Origin: an uncultured Nitrospirales bacterium
GTDB taxonomy: Bacteria > Hydrogenedentota > Hydrogenedentia > Hydrogenedentales > GCA-2746185
NCBI GenBank assembly: GCA_964620045.1
Contig: CAZUJL010000022.1
Span: 1,498 to 65,497 of the forward strand
Direction: 5' to 3'
Length of the DNA: 64,000 nt
Below are positions 28,264 to 36,970 of this stretch, in pieces. Below the pieces are notes generated by a model that was not told where the DNA came from, did no database searches, and worked only from the letters and a program-made list of their open reading frames with translations. A program made the translations under genes and the position numbers. Each line of letters starts with the position of its first letter. The first letter of the stretch is position 1.

Positions 28264-30281
28264 GCCGCCTCGGGATCGTTTGCACGGTACTCCTCGCCTG
28301 CTTCGCGGGCGCCACGGTGGCGTTTGCGGAAGGCTACGACACCTCCGCGGGCGAATGGCCCACCTACGGCGGCGACCTGTATAGCCACAAGTATTCGCCG
28401 CTGGACCAGATCAACGGGGAGAACTTCTCCAAGCTGCAGGTCGTGTGGCGGTGGAAATCCGCCGACGAATGGATCAGCAAAACGGTATCCGGCGGCGAAT
28501 GGTGGTCGAAGTCCACGCCGGTGTTCGACGACTTACAAAAAGACAATCCCAACCGCTGGCGCGGCGGGCTTGTGCCCCGGCTTGCGGGATTCAAGGCGAC
28601 GCCGCTGATGGTGGGCGGCAAGTTGTACGTCACGACCGCGCTGTACCAAGCGGCGGCGATCGACGCGAAGACCGGCGAGACGCTGTGGGTCTTCAATCCG
28701 AAGAGCTACGAAACCGGCACGCCGACGATGAGCATCTATTGGAACCATCGCGGGGCGGCGTATTGGACGGACGGCACAGACGAGCGCATTTTCTGGGGCA
28801 CGGGCGACGCGTATCTGTGGTGCGTGGATGCGAAGACCGGGCGGCCGTGCGCGGATTTCGGCGACGGCGGCCGCGTGGACATTGCGAAGGATGTGCCGCG
28901 CGCGGAGCGCGACAAGCGCGACTATTTGAACGCGCTGCTGTACTCGTGCGCCTCTCCCCCACTCGTGGTGAACAACGTTGTGATCACGGGGCAGTCGATC
29001 GCCGATCGCCGCGTAGTGAAGGAAGCGCCGCCGGGCTATGTGCGCGGTTGGGATGCGAAGACCGGCGCGTTGAAGTGGACGTTCAACAGCGTGCCGCAGG
29101 CGGGCGAGTTCGGCAACGAGACCTGGGAAAACGGCTCGGCCGAATACTCCGGCAATTCGAATGTGTGGACGCAGATGAGCGCCGACCCGGAACTCGGGCT
29201 GGTGTATTTGCCGACGGGCACGCCGACGAACGACTTTTACGGCGGGCATCGCCTGGGCGATAACCTGTTTGCCGAATGCGTGATCGCGGTGAACGTCGAG
29301 ACCGGCGAGCGCGTGTGGCATTTCCAGACCGTGCACCATGGCCTGTGGGACTACGACAATCCCGCGGCGCCGAACCTTGTGGATATCGTCGTGGACGGCA
29401 AGCCGATCAAGGCCGTCGCGCAGGTGACGAAGCAAGGGTTTGTATTTGCGTTCGATCGCGCGACCGGCAAGCCCATCTGGCCAATTGAAGAGAAGCCGGT
29501 GATTACGGAATCAAACATTCCAGGCGAGCGCCCGGCGGCGACGCAGCCGATGCCGACGAAACCGCTTGCGTTCGAATACCAGGGCGTGAAAGAAGACGAC
29601 CTGATCGACTTTACGCCGGAGCTGCACCAGTTGGCGCTGGACATTGTGAAGGAGTACACGATCGGGCCGCTGTTTACGCCGCCGATGCTGGGCAAGGCGA
29701 CGATCATGCGACCGGGTCTCGGCGGTGGCGCGAACTGGACCGGCGCGGCGGTGGATCCGGAGACGGGCGTCTTGTATGTGCCGTCGGTGGCTGGATACTC
29801 GGTCGTGCATTTCTTCACGCCGGGCGCGGACGTAAACGGGAACCTCGACTATACGCACGGCGCGCGCGGCGGACTGGCGCAGGGCCCCAAGGGCCTGCCG
29901 CTATTCAAACCGCCGTACTCGCGCGTGACGGCGATCGATATGAACACGGGCGAGCACCTGTGGTGGGTGCCGACGGGCAATGGTGACAACGTGCGGAACC
30001 ATCCGGACTTGAAGGCGCTGAACCTGCCGCCGGTGGGTGGCGATGGCGAGACCGGGCCGCTGCTGACGAAGACGGTGCTTGTGATCGGCCTTGCGCCGAC
30101 CGAAGGCGCGCCGACGCTGACCGCGTACGACAAGAAAACCGGCGCGGTGCTGGGTTCAGTCGAGCTGCCCGGCAAACCGGTGAGCACGCCGATGACGTAT
30201 CTCTACGACGGCAAGCAATACATCGCGCTCACCTGCGGCGGAGCGACGCCGGAATTGGTCGCGCTCGCGCTTCCTGAATAG
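28261..30281 (+). CDS. soluble periplasmic PQQ-dependent dehydrogenase (eight-bladed quinoprotein propeller)
   Basis: GTG start at 28261 gives signal peptide VSRLGIVCTVLLACFAGATVAFA (ORF track starts 28218); WPTYGGDLYSHKYSPLDQINGENFSKLQVVWRW N-terminal signature; repeated DAKTG-x-x-W motifs; HHGLWDYD motif as in quinoprotein glucose/alcohol dehydrogenases. Confidence 0.75.
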
Positions 30282-30320
30282 ATCGACAAATCAAAGTCCG
30301 TTCACAGGGGTTTTAATCTC

Positions 30321-31139
30321 ATGACCAGCCCTATCCCTGACTTTTCGGCGTGCAGGGAGCGTATTGACAGGGCAAATAGCAAAGCCCAATTCGTTATAGA
30401 TCAATGGAAATCTCTTCACGAGAACAACCGACCAAAAACATCTCTCAAAGACAAGGGTGACGGACGACATATCATCTGCGTAACATCTCCCAGCATTCCG
30501 TCTAGCCTCGCGCTCGAATTGGGCGAAGTTCTCTATCAAATTCGCGCTGCACTAGATAATGCCGTTTACGCCAGTTGCGTTTGTGATTGCACCAACGACT
30601 TTACCAAGTACGAAAGAGACATTGGATTTCCTGTTTGTGCTACACCCAAATCTTTCAAAGATCGCGTTGAGCACAAATGTTTGGATAAGAAGCGCATTCA
30701 GATTCTTCGAACTATACAACCGTTTTACACCGACAATATGCCGAACGAATTTAAGTTCAGGTGTTACTCTTGGGCCTTTCATGTTCTTAACGAGTGGGCC
30801 AAAATCGATAGGCATCGACGATTGCATGTTCTCACTGCAGCATTCTTTGACCCATCGATAAGCTTTACATTCGGAAAACAGGTTGTCATTGCTAACCCAA
30901 CGCTCTACAAAATTCAGTTTCTGGAAGGTGAAACCGACATAGGGGAATTGACCATCATCAATCCACATGGCACCCCGACGACCATGGATACGGAAACAAA
31001 CTCGATATTCGATATCGAGATTGGGATCAAGGAGCCTCCTTTGCCCTTGGTTCAAGAAGACACGTTGACTCACCGTCTCAACACAATCTTCGAGGCGTCA
31101 AGAGCCATTATCCAAGCCTTTCAAGAAAGCTATTCGTAA
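30321..31139 (+). CDS. hypothetical protein encoded in a low-GC island
   Basis: 272 aa, Cys-containing, no recognisable motif; local GC about 40-45% against about 67% background. Confidence 0.4.
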   Translation: MTSPIPDFSACRERIDRANSKAQFVIDQWKSLHENNRPKTSLKDKGDGRHIICVTSPSIPSSLALELGEVLYQIRAALDNAVYASCVCDCTNDFTKYERDIGFPVCATPKSFKDRVEHKCLDKKRIQILRTIQPFYTDNMPNEFKFRCYSWAFHVLNEWAKIDRHRRLHVLTAAFFDPSISFTFGKQVVIANPTLYKIQFLEGETDIGELTIINPHGTPTTMDTETNSIFDIEIGIKEPPLPLVQEDTLTHRLNTIFEASRAIIQAFQESYS

Positions 31140-31590
31140 AACCAAATCTACATACATTCGCGCAGCGTAACTTCGGACAATCTAGGCAAAAGTCACGCAT
31201 ACAATTCCTCAAAAACCCCTTATTTTTCGCTGAATTCATTCCTCTATCGGATCGCCGAAAGTGTGGTTTTATACGCCTCGGATCGCTATATGTAGTGATC
31301 TGGCAAGAAGAATTTTCAATTCGTAGAAAATAATCGTTGACATGCACAATATGTTGTGTTATAAAGGTCGCGGTGTCAGGGGGTGACACAGCAGGGGGAC
31401 CGGACGGCGTTCACATCTCTCCACAGCCCAGCAGCGTGGACGCACCAACGGACGGTAATTGGCTCTGCAACGAGTTTGACGGAACGCGGTGACCGCAGCC
31501 CACCCGCCCCGTCGTTTGTAGCTCGGACCCGTGCCTAGCGCCAGGTATACGGAGTTACACCCATAGACACACCCCGCAATGTACGGGCGG

Positions 31591-31632
31591 TGGGTTTCGA
31601 CCCACCGCCCCGTCTCTTTTTAGGGCGCAGGA
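31591..31632 (+). terminator. strong intrinsic terminator-like hairpin with no upstream ORF
   Basis: Perfect 11-bp stem gggcggtgggt / acccaccgccc with loop ttcg, followed by cgtctcttttt; nearest upstream plus-strand CDS ends 450 nt away. Confidence 0.5.
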
Positions 31633-31725
31633 TTGAACTCCCGCGAGGGGGTGTATAGACTACGGCCCTTCCAGTGGGCCGCATTTCGCGGGTTTTTTCT
31701 TAATTTTTGGGCCTTGTCCTCATTC

Positions 31726-32862
31726 ATGAAAATTTTTGTTCCGAGAGAGACCTTTCCGGGCGAAACCCGGGTGGCGCTGCTTCCCGCGACGGTCAAAAAG
31801 CTCGTGGGCGTCGGCGCGGAGGTATCCATTGAGCCCGGCCTTGGGCGCATCATCGGGATTGAGGATGCGGCGTACACCGAGGTGGGCGCGACGCTGAGCG
31901 ATGCCACCGCGGGCCTGGGCAACGCGGACATCGTGGTGCGCCTGCGCCGGCCGGCGGCCGGTGATATCGCGCAGATGCGCGAGGGCGCCGTGGTTGTTGG
32001 CCTGCTCGACCCCTTCACGAATGCGGACGGGCTGCGCGCGCTGGCCGCGCGGAAGATCTCCGCGATTTCGATGGAAATGATTCCGCGCACGACGCTGGCG
32101 CAGAAAATGGACGTGCTCAGCTCGCAGGCAAACCTGGCGGGGTATGTGGCCGTGATTCTGGCGGCCGAGCGGCTGGATAAAGTGCTGCCGATGATGATGA
32201 CGCCGGCGGGCACGATCTCGCCGTCGAAGGTGTTCATCATCGGCGTCGGCGTGGCGGGTCTGCAGGCGATCGCGACGGCGCGGCGGCTTGGCGCGCGCGT
32301 GGAAGCATTCGACACGCGGCCGGTGGTGGAAGAACAGGTGCAATCGCTCGGCGCGAAGTTCGTGAAGATTGATCTCGGCGAGACCGGCCAGACGGCGCAG
32401 GGCTACGCCAAAGAACTCACGCCGGAACAGCAGGCCATGCAGCGCGCGGGCATGGCAAAGGCGTGCGCGCAGGCGGATATTGTGATCACGACGGCGCAGT
32501 TGTTCGGCAAACCCGCGCCGCGATTGGTGACGGCGGAGATGATCGCCGGCATGAAGCCGGGCAGCGTGGTCGTGGACCTCGCGGTCGAGAGCGGTGGCAA
32601 TGTCGAAGGCTCGAAGCTCGACGAAGAAGTGCTTGTGAACGGCGTGCGCATCATCGGCCTTGGAAATCTTCCGGGGCATGTGGCGTCGGTGGCGAGCCAG
32701 ATGTACTCCGCGAACGTCGGCAGCTTGATCGAACATTTCTGGGACAAGACCGAGAAGCGCCTGCAGCTCAAGCTGGACGACGACATCATGAAGGGCGCGC
32801 TGGTGACGCACGGCGGCGAAATCGTGAATCCGATGCTGAAGGAACGCGTGGGCGCGGCCTGA
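31726..32862 (+). CDS. pntAA: NAD(P) transhydrogenase alpha subunit, part 1 (dI domain; alanine-dehydrogenase-like fold)
   Basis: Start at MKIFVPRETFPGETRVALLP (ORF track begins 31633); SAISMEMIPRTTLAQKMDVLSSQANLAGY ... VFIIGVGVAGLQAIATARRLGARVEAFDTRP closely matches PntA dI; no pntAB or pntB follows in this window. Confidence 0.75.
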   Translation: MKIFVPRETFPGETRVALLPATVKKLVGVGAEVSIEPGLGRIIGIEDAAYTEVGATLSDATAGLGNADIVVRLRRPAAGDIAQMREGAVVVGLLDPFTNADGLRALAARKISAISMEMIPRTTLAQKMDVLSSQANLAGYVAVILAAERLDKVLPMMMTPAGTISPSKVFIIGVGVAGLQAIATARRLGARVEAFDTRPVVEEQVQSLGAKFVKIDLGETGQTAQGYAKELTPEQQAMQRAGMAKACAQADIVITTAQLFGKPAPRLVTAEMIAGMKPGSVVVDLAVESGGNVEGSKLDEEVLVNGVRIIGLGNLPGHVASVASQMYSANVGSLIEHFWDKTEKRLQLKLDDDIMKGALVTHGGEIVNPMLKERVGAA

Positions 32863-32890
32863 ACTACAGGGCGACCACGGGGGGTCGCCC

Positions 32891-34120
32891 CTACTTGTTT
32901 GGCGTGTCGTCGGTACCCAGGTCGATCGCATCTTCGTCGAACAGTTCCGCCAGGGCCTGCGGCGAAGGTTCATCCGTGTGCGGTTCCTTCGGCGGCATCA
33001 GGGCGCGCAGTTCGCGCAACTCTCCGTAACACAACAGGACATCGCCCTCGCGCACGAGTTCGTCGCCTTTCGGGTTCGGAATGACCGCGCTCTTACGCGT
33101 AATGCTCATGACGTGAATGTTGCGCGCGGTGAGGTCGGTCTCGCGCAAGGCCTTGTTTGTGATCTGCGGGATATTGCGCACGGCGAATTCGGCGATGCCG
33201 TAGCCGCCGGTGAGGCGCAGGCGCTGGCGCAGATCGACTTCCGGCACGAGCACCTGCTGCTGGATGTCTTCGATGATCGCGCCCGCGATATCGGTCTGCG
33301 TGGTTTTTTCGATGCCTTCGAGACCGGGCGACGAGTTCACCTCGAGCACGCGCGGACCTTCGGTCGATTCGAGCATATCCACACCGGCCAGACGCAGGCC
33401 CATGATCTGCGTGGCGCGGATGGCGGTGGCCTCGTACGCGGGATCGAGTTGCACGGGCTCGGCCGTACCGCCGCGGTGCATGTTGCTGCGGAACTCGCCG
33501 GCCATGGCCTTGCGGCGCATCGCGGCGACGACCTTGTCCCCCACCACCAGCGCGCGGATGTCGCGCCCCCCACTTTCCTGCACGAACTTCTGGATGAGCA
33601 CGTTCTGCCGCGCGAGTTGGAGCGTCTGGATGATGGCCTCGGCCATTTTGGTGGTCTCGGCGAGGATGACGCCGATCCCTTGTGTGCCTTCGAGCACCTT
33701 GATGATTACGGGCGGGCCGCCGAGGCGATCGATCGCGGCGAGGATTTCGTCGCGGTCACGCACGAAGGCGGTCGCGGGCAGGCCGACGTCGTATTTGCTG
33801 AGCACCTGCATGGCGCGGAGCTTGTCGCGCGAGCGCGCGATGGCGAGCGCGGGGTTGATGGTGTAGATGCCCATCTGCTCGAACTGCTGCACGAGGGCGA
33901 GACCGAAGAAGGTGATGGACGCGCCGATGCGCGGGATGATGGCGTCGATGTGCGGCAGGCTGCGGTGGCGATAAAACAGTCCCGGCTTCTGGTGCTCGAT
34001 CATGATGGAAAATTTCAGCGTATCGAGCACGCGGATTTCGTGGCCGCGCTGACGGGCGGCCTCGCGCAGACGCTTCACGCTGTACGAACGCGGGTTTCGG
34101 CTTAGGATGGCGATTCTCAT
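32891..34120 (-). CDS. rimK: RimK-family ATP-grasp ligase with C-terminal TrkA-C-like extension
   Basis: N-terminal 300 aa match RimK (MRIAILSRNP...SYSVKRL ... ATP-grasp); extra 110-aa C-terminal domain (VRNIPQITNKALRETDLTARNIHVMSITRKSAVIPNPKGDELVREGDVLLCYGELREL) resembles an RCK/TrkA-C fold. Confidence 0.8.
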   Translation of the reverse strand: MRIAILSRNPRSYSVKRLREAARQRGHEIRVLDTLKFSIMIEHQKPGLFYRHRSLPHIDAIIPRIGASITFFGLALVQQFEQMGIYTINPALAIARSRDKLRAMQVLSKYDVGLPATAFVRDRDEILAAIDRLGGPPVIIKVLEGTQGIGVILAETTKMAEAIIQTLQLARQNVLIQKFVQESGGRDIRALVVGDKVVAAMRRKAMAGEFRSNMHRGGTAEPVQLDPAYEATAIRATQIMGLRLAGVDMLESTEGPRVLEVNSSPGLEGIEKTTQTDIAGAIIEDIQQQVLVPEVDLRQRLRLTGGYGIAEFAVRNIPQITNKALRETDLTARNIHVMSITRKSAVIPNPKGDELVREGDVLLCYGELRELRALMPPKEPHTDEPSPQALAELFDEDAIDLGTDDTPNK

Positions 34121-34123
34121 GGC

Positions 34124-34618
34124 TTATCTCTTGCGTTTGGTGAGTTTGCGGAGTTTTTTCTTGGGCGCGTGGACGCTGCGGTGCGAGACGTCCACGAGAA
34201 AATCATTGTCGAGCGCTTCGCGGCCGATCAACATGCGATAAATCATACGCTCGCGCGAGATGAGCGAGATTTCGATGTTTTTCTCGATCGGCCCGATGCG
34301 CACTTTTGTTTTGACGAAGCAGCGTTCCGTGAAATGGCCGGTGCTGCTGCGCACATTGGCCCAGCGGGAGACGCGCGCGGTGACGCTTTTGCGCCGGTGC
34401 GAGTTTCGGCGCGAGAGGACCACGTCGAACCGCACGTGGTTTTCGGGCAAATGCTCGAGGTTTTCGACATGCAGCGCGCTCGTGCGCGCGCCGGTATCCA
34501 CTTTGGCGTTCAACGCGCGGATGCCCCAGGAAACGAAGTCCACGGGCTCCGACCAGCCGATGACGACACGATCATCGCCTTTGCCGTTGCTTTCGTTTTC
34601 GGTGGCGGCTTTCTTCAC
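34124..34618 (-). CDS. RimK-associated retropepsin-like aspartic protease-family protein (putative ATP-dependent zinc protease family)
   Basis: 164 aa; VDTGARTSALH (D-T-G motif); immediately upstream of and co-oriented with rimK, the usual arrangement for this family. Confidence 0.6.
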   Translation of the reverse strand: MKKAATENESNGKGDDRVVIGWSEPVDFVSWGIRALNAKVDTGARTSALHVENLEHLPENHVRFDVVLSRRNSHRRKSVTARVSRWANVRSSTGHFTERCFVKTKVRIGPIEKNIEISLISRERMIYRMLIGREALDNDFLVDVSHRSVHAPKKKLRKLTKRKR

Positions 34619-34666
34619 GCGGCAATGTCCCCGATACGCGGGAGAATACCACAGGGCAGGACGCGC

Positions 34667-36106
34667 TCAGCGCTCGCCGGGCGCGTTGCGATAATCCAGC
34701 GGCGGCTTTTGATCGCGCTCGAGCATCGGCGCGTATTTCAGGTGCGCGGTGCGTTGCTCGAGTTCGGCCTTGGCCTTGGCGATCGCGTCGGCGTCGTGCG
34801 CGAGGTCCCACGCGGTTGCGGCGAGCGTGCGCGCGGCGAATTCCATGCCCTGGCGGCCGATGGTGGTGCCGCCGGCGGCGGTGGCCTGCCACGAATGCGC
34901 GGGCGTGCCCGGCACCCAGCAGGCGGTGCGGAAGCCGACCGTGGGGACGACCCACGATACATCGCCGACGTCGGTGGAGCCTTTGTTCACGTCGCCTTCG
35001 CGCGCGAAGACCTGGCCGATGGTGTGCAACGCGACCGGCGCGTCGAGTGTTTTTTGGATGGTCTCGGCGAAGGCGCGCTCTTCGTCGTTGTAAGTGATGC
35101 TGACCAGCTCGCGCATGTTGCGCAGCGTGACGTCGGTGAGCGCGTCGTTCGGAAGAATGTTGTAGGTGCCGCCGAGATTCTCGACTTCGAGCCGCGTCTC
35201 GGTGGCCATCGCGCCCGCCTGCGCGCAGAGCAGCAGGCGGCGAAAGAGATCGTATACGACGGCGGCGTCGGGATGGCGCACGTAGTAATAGGCCTCCGCG
35301 AAATCCGGCACGACGTTCGGCGCTTCGCCGCCGGCGGTGATCACGTGGTGGATGCGCGTGTAGTCCGGCGTGTGTTCGCGCAGCAGTTCGGAGGCGTGCA
35401 CCATGAGTTCGACGGCGTCGAGCGCGGAACGGCCCTGCTCCGGCGCGCCGGCGGCATGGGCGCTTTTGCCATAGAACCGGAATTTTGCGGAGATGCGCGC
35501 CATGTTGGTCGGATCGCCGGCGGTGTTGCGATCGCTTGGGTGCCAGTGCAGCACGACGTCGCAATCCGCGAACAAACCCGCGCGCACCATGAACACCTTG
35601 GCGGCGCCGCCTTCCTCGGCGGGCGTGCCGTAAAAGCGGATCGTGCCGGGAAGTTCGCCGGCTTTTACTTGGTCGGCGAGCGCGAGCGCGGCGAGCATTG
35701 AGGCGACGCCAAACAGGTGATGTCCGCACCCTTGGCCGTAGCCCGTTCCGGGGCGGGGCGTCTGCACGGGGACGGCTTCCTGTGCGAGACCAGGCAGCGC
35801 GTCGAACTCGCCGAGGATTCCGATGACGGGGTGGCCGGAACCGATGGTGGCGGTGAAGGCGGTGGGAATGTCGGCGACGCCGCGCTCCAGCGTGAAGCCG
35901 GCGGATTCGAGTGTGCTTGCGAGGAGCGCGGAGGATTTTATTTCCTGATAGCCCGGCTCGGCCCAGTCCCAGATTTTCAGCGCGGACTGCCAGCCTTCTT
36001 CGAGACGCGCGTCGATTGCCGTGTTCAGCGCATTTTTATCGGCCTGCGCCAGCGCGGGCGCAGCCAAGATCAGCATGATGAGCAAACGATAAACAAACTG
36101 GATCAT
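34667..36106 (-). CDS. secreted M20-family metallopeptidase / amidohydrolase (AbgB-like)
   Basis: Signal peptide; 479 aa; GHPVIGILGEFDALPG ... GHHLFG ... dimerisation-domain pattern typical of M20D aminoacylase/AbgB proteins. Confidence 0.7.
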   Translation of the reverse strand: MIQFVYRLLIMLILAAPALAQADKNALNTAIDARLEEGWQSALKIWDWAEPGYQEIKSSALLASTLESAGFTLERGVADIPTAFTATIGSGHPVIGILGEFDALPGLAQEAVPVQTPRPGTGYGQGCGHHLFGVASMLAALALADQVKAGELPGTIRFYGTPAEEGGAAKVFMVRAGLFADCDVVLHWHPSDRNTAGDPTNMARISAKFRFYGKSAHAAGAPEQGRSALDAVELMVHASELLREHTPDYTRIHHVITAGGEAPNVVPDFAEAYYYVRHPDAAVVYDLFRRLLLCAQAGAMATETRLEVENLGGTYNILPNDALTDVTLRNMRELVSITYNDEERAFAETIQKTLDAPVALHTIGQVFAREGDVNKGSTDVGDVSWVVPTVGFRTACWVPGTPAHSWQATAAGGTTIGRQGMEFAARTLAATAWDLAHDADAIAKAKAELEQRTAHLKYAPMLERDQKPPLDYRNAPGER

Positions 36107-36175
36107 TGAAGACCTTTCCTAATTCGCATTGAAAAACTATAGCAAACGGAACACGGCAGCATTTAAAGCGGCGGA

Positions 36176-36198
36176 ATTTCACGAAAGCCTCGTGAAAT
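36176..36198. promoter_or_regulatory. candidate operator: 9-bp perfect inverted repeat in divergent intergenic region
   Basis: atttcacga-aagcc-tcgtgaaat between the divergent M20 peptidase gene (start 36106) and the DtxR-like regulator gene (start 36293); a TTAGGTTGA half-site-like sequence lies 30 nt downstream. Confidence 0.35.
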
Positions 36199-36292
36199 GT
36201 TTAACCGCAGTCAACTTAGGTTGATTACCTTCCAGGCTTCCACTAGAATGACGTTGCTGTGTTTCTGCGGGCACAGCGCGTGGGAGGCACGC

Positions 36293-36883
36293 ATGACGAA
36301 AAGTATCAACGATTCCGCGTACTGGCGCGAGTTCGAAAAAAACGAGCTCACCCATTCCGCGGCGCACTATTTGATGGCGATCGACGCACTGCGCGAGGAG
36401 CTTGGCTACGCGCGCGTGACGGACGTGGCGGAAAAGCTCGAAGTGTCGCGCGGCGCGGCGTCGATGTTCATCACCCAGCTCAAGAAGCGCGGCTGGGTGA
36501 AGGAAGATCCGAACCGTTTTCTGTTGCTCACCGATCGCGGCGACGCGGTGGTGAATCTGGTCGAGCATAACTTCCGCATCGTGTCCCGCTTCTTCCAGGA
36601 TTTCCTGCAAGTCGACAAGGACACGGCCTTTGGAGACGCCTGCAAAATTGAGCATCTGCTGAGCCTGGAAACGGGCAAGCGCATGCTGGGGCTGATGCAC
36701 TTCATCGAGAGCAATCCCAAGCTCAAGGCGCAGATGGACGAAGTTCTTGCCTCCGGCAAGAACCAGCGCGAAGACATCGACGGTTGCCCCATCTGCGACG
36801 GCACGATGGAAGCCGAGCCCGTGGAGCCGACGCCCGCGCACCGCAGCGGCGGCCGCTCGCGCACGACGAAGGCCAAGCAGTAA
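36293..36883 (+). CDS. DtxR/MntR-family metal-dependent transcriptional regulator with C-terminal Cys-x-x-Cys extension
   Basis: ATG 36293 with GGGAGG RBS; HYLMAIDALREELGYARVTDVAEKLEVSRGAASMFITQLKKRGWV winged-helix typical of DtxR/MntR; C-terminal GCPICDG. Confidence 0.6.
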   Translation: MTKSINDSAYWREFEKNELTHSAAHYLMAIDALREELGYARVTDVAEKLEVSRGAASMFITQLKKRGWVKEDPNRFLLLTDRGDAVVNLVEHNFRIVSRFFQDFLQVDKDTAFGDACKIEHLLSLETGKRMLGLMHFIESNPKLKAQMDEVLASGKNQREDIDGCPICDGTMEAEPVEPTPAHRSGGRSRTTKAKQ

Positions 36884-36970
36884 CACCTGCGCCGCTTCCG
36901 AGAAGGCTGCTATGCTAGGGGTTTGGCCGCGCCCTGCGCGGACCTATTCATCCGGGAGGCATCGCACGCC

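Noticed and set aside
31380-31632. Possible tRNA or tmRNA 3' end marking an integration site for the low-GC island
   Set aside because: The hairpin loop (ttcg) and flanking bases do not fit the T-loop consensus (G-T-T-C-R-A-N-N-C). No D-arm or anticodon arm could be assembled and no integrase is nearby. Kept only as a terminator or possible ncRNA end.
32978-34105. 375-aa plus-strand ORF antisense to rimK
   Set aside because: Shadow ORF. The rimK frame is strongly supported.
34572-35729. 385-aa Arg-rich minus-strand ORF
   Set aside because: Alternative frame of the M20 peptidase gene region, with extreme Arg/Pro/His composition.
36197-36292. N-terminal extension of the DtxR-like regulator ORF (MFNRSQLRLITFQ...)
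   Set aside because: The extension contains the candidate operator palindrome and lacks an RBS. The ATG at 36293 has a GGGAGG RBS and gives a typical DtxR N-terminus.
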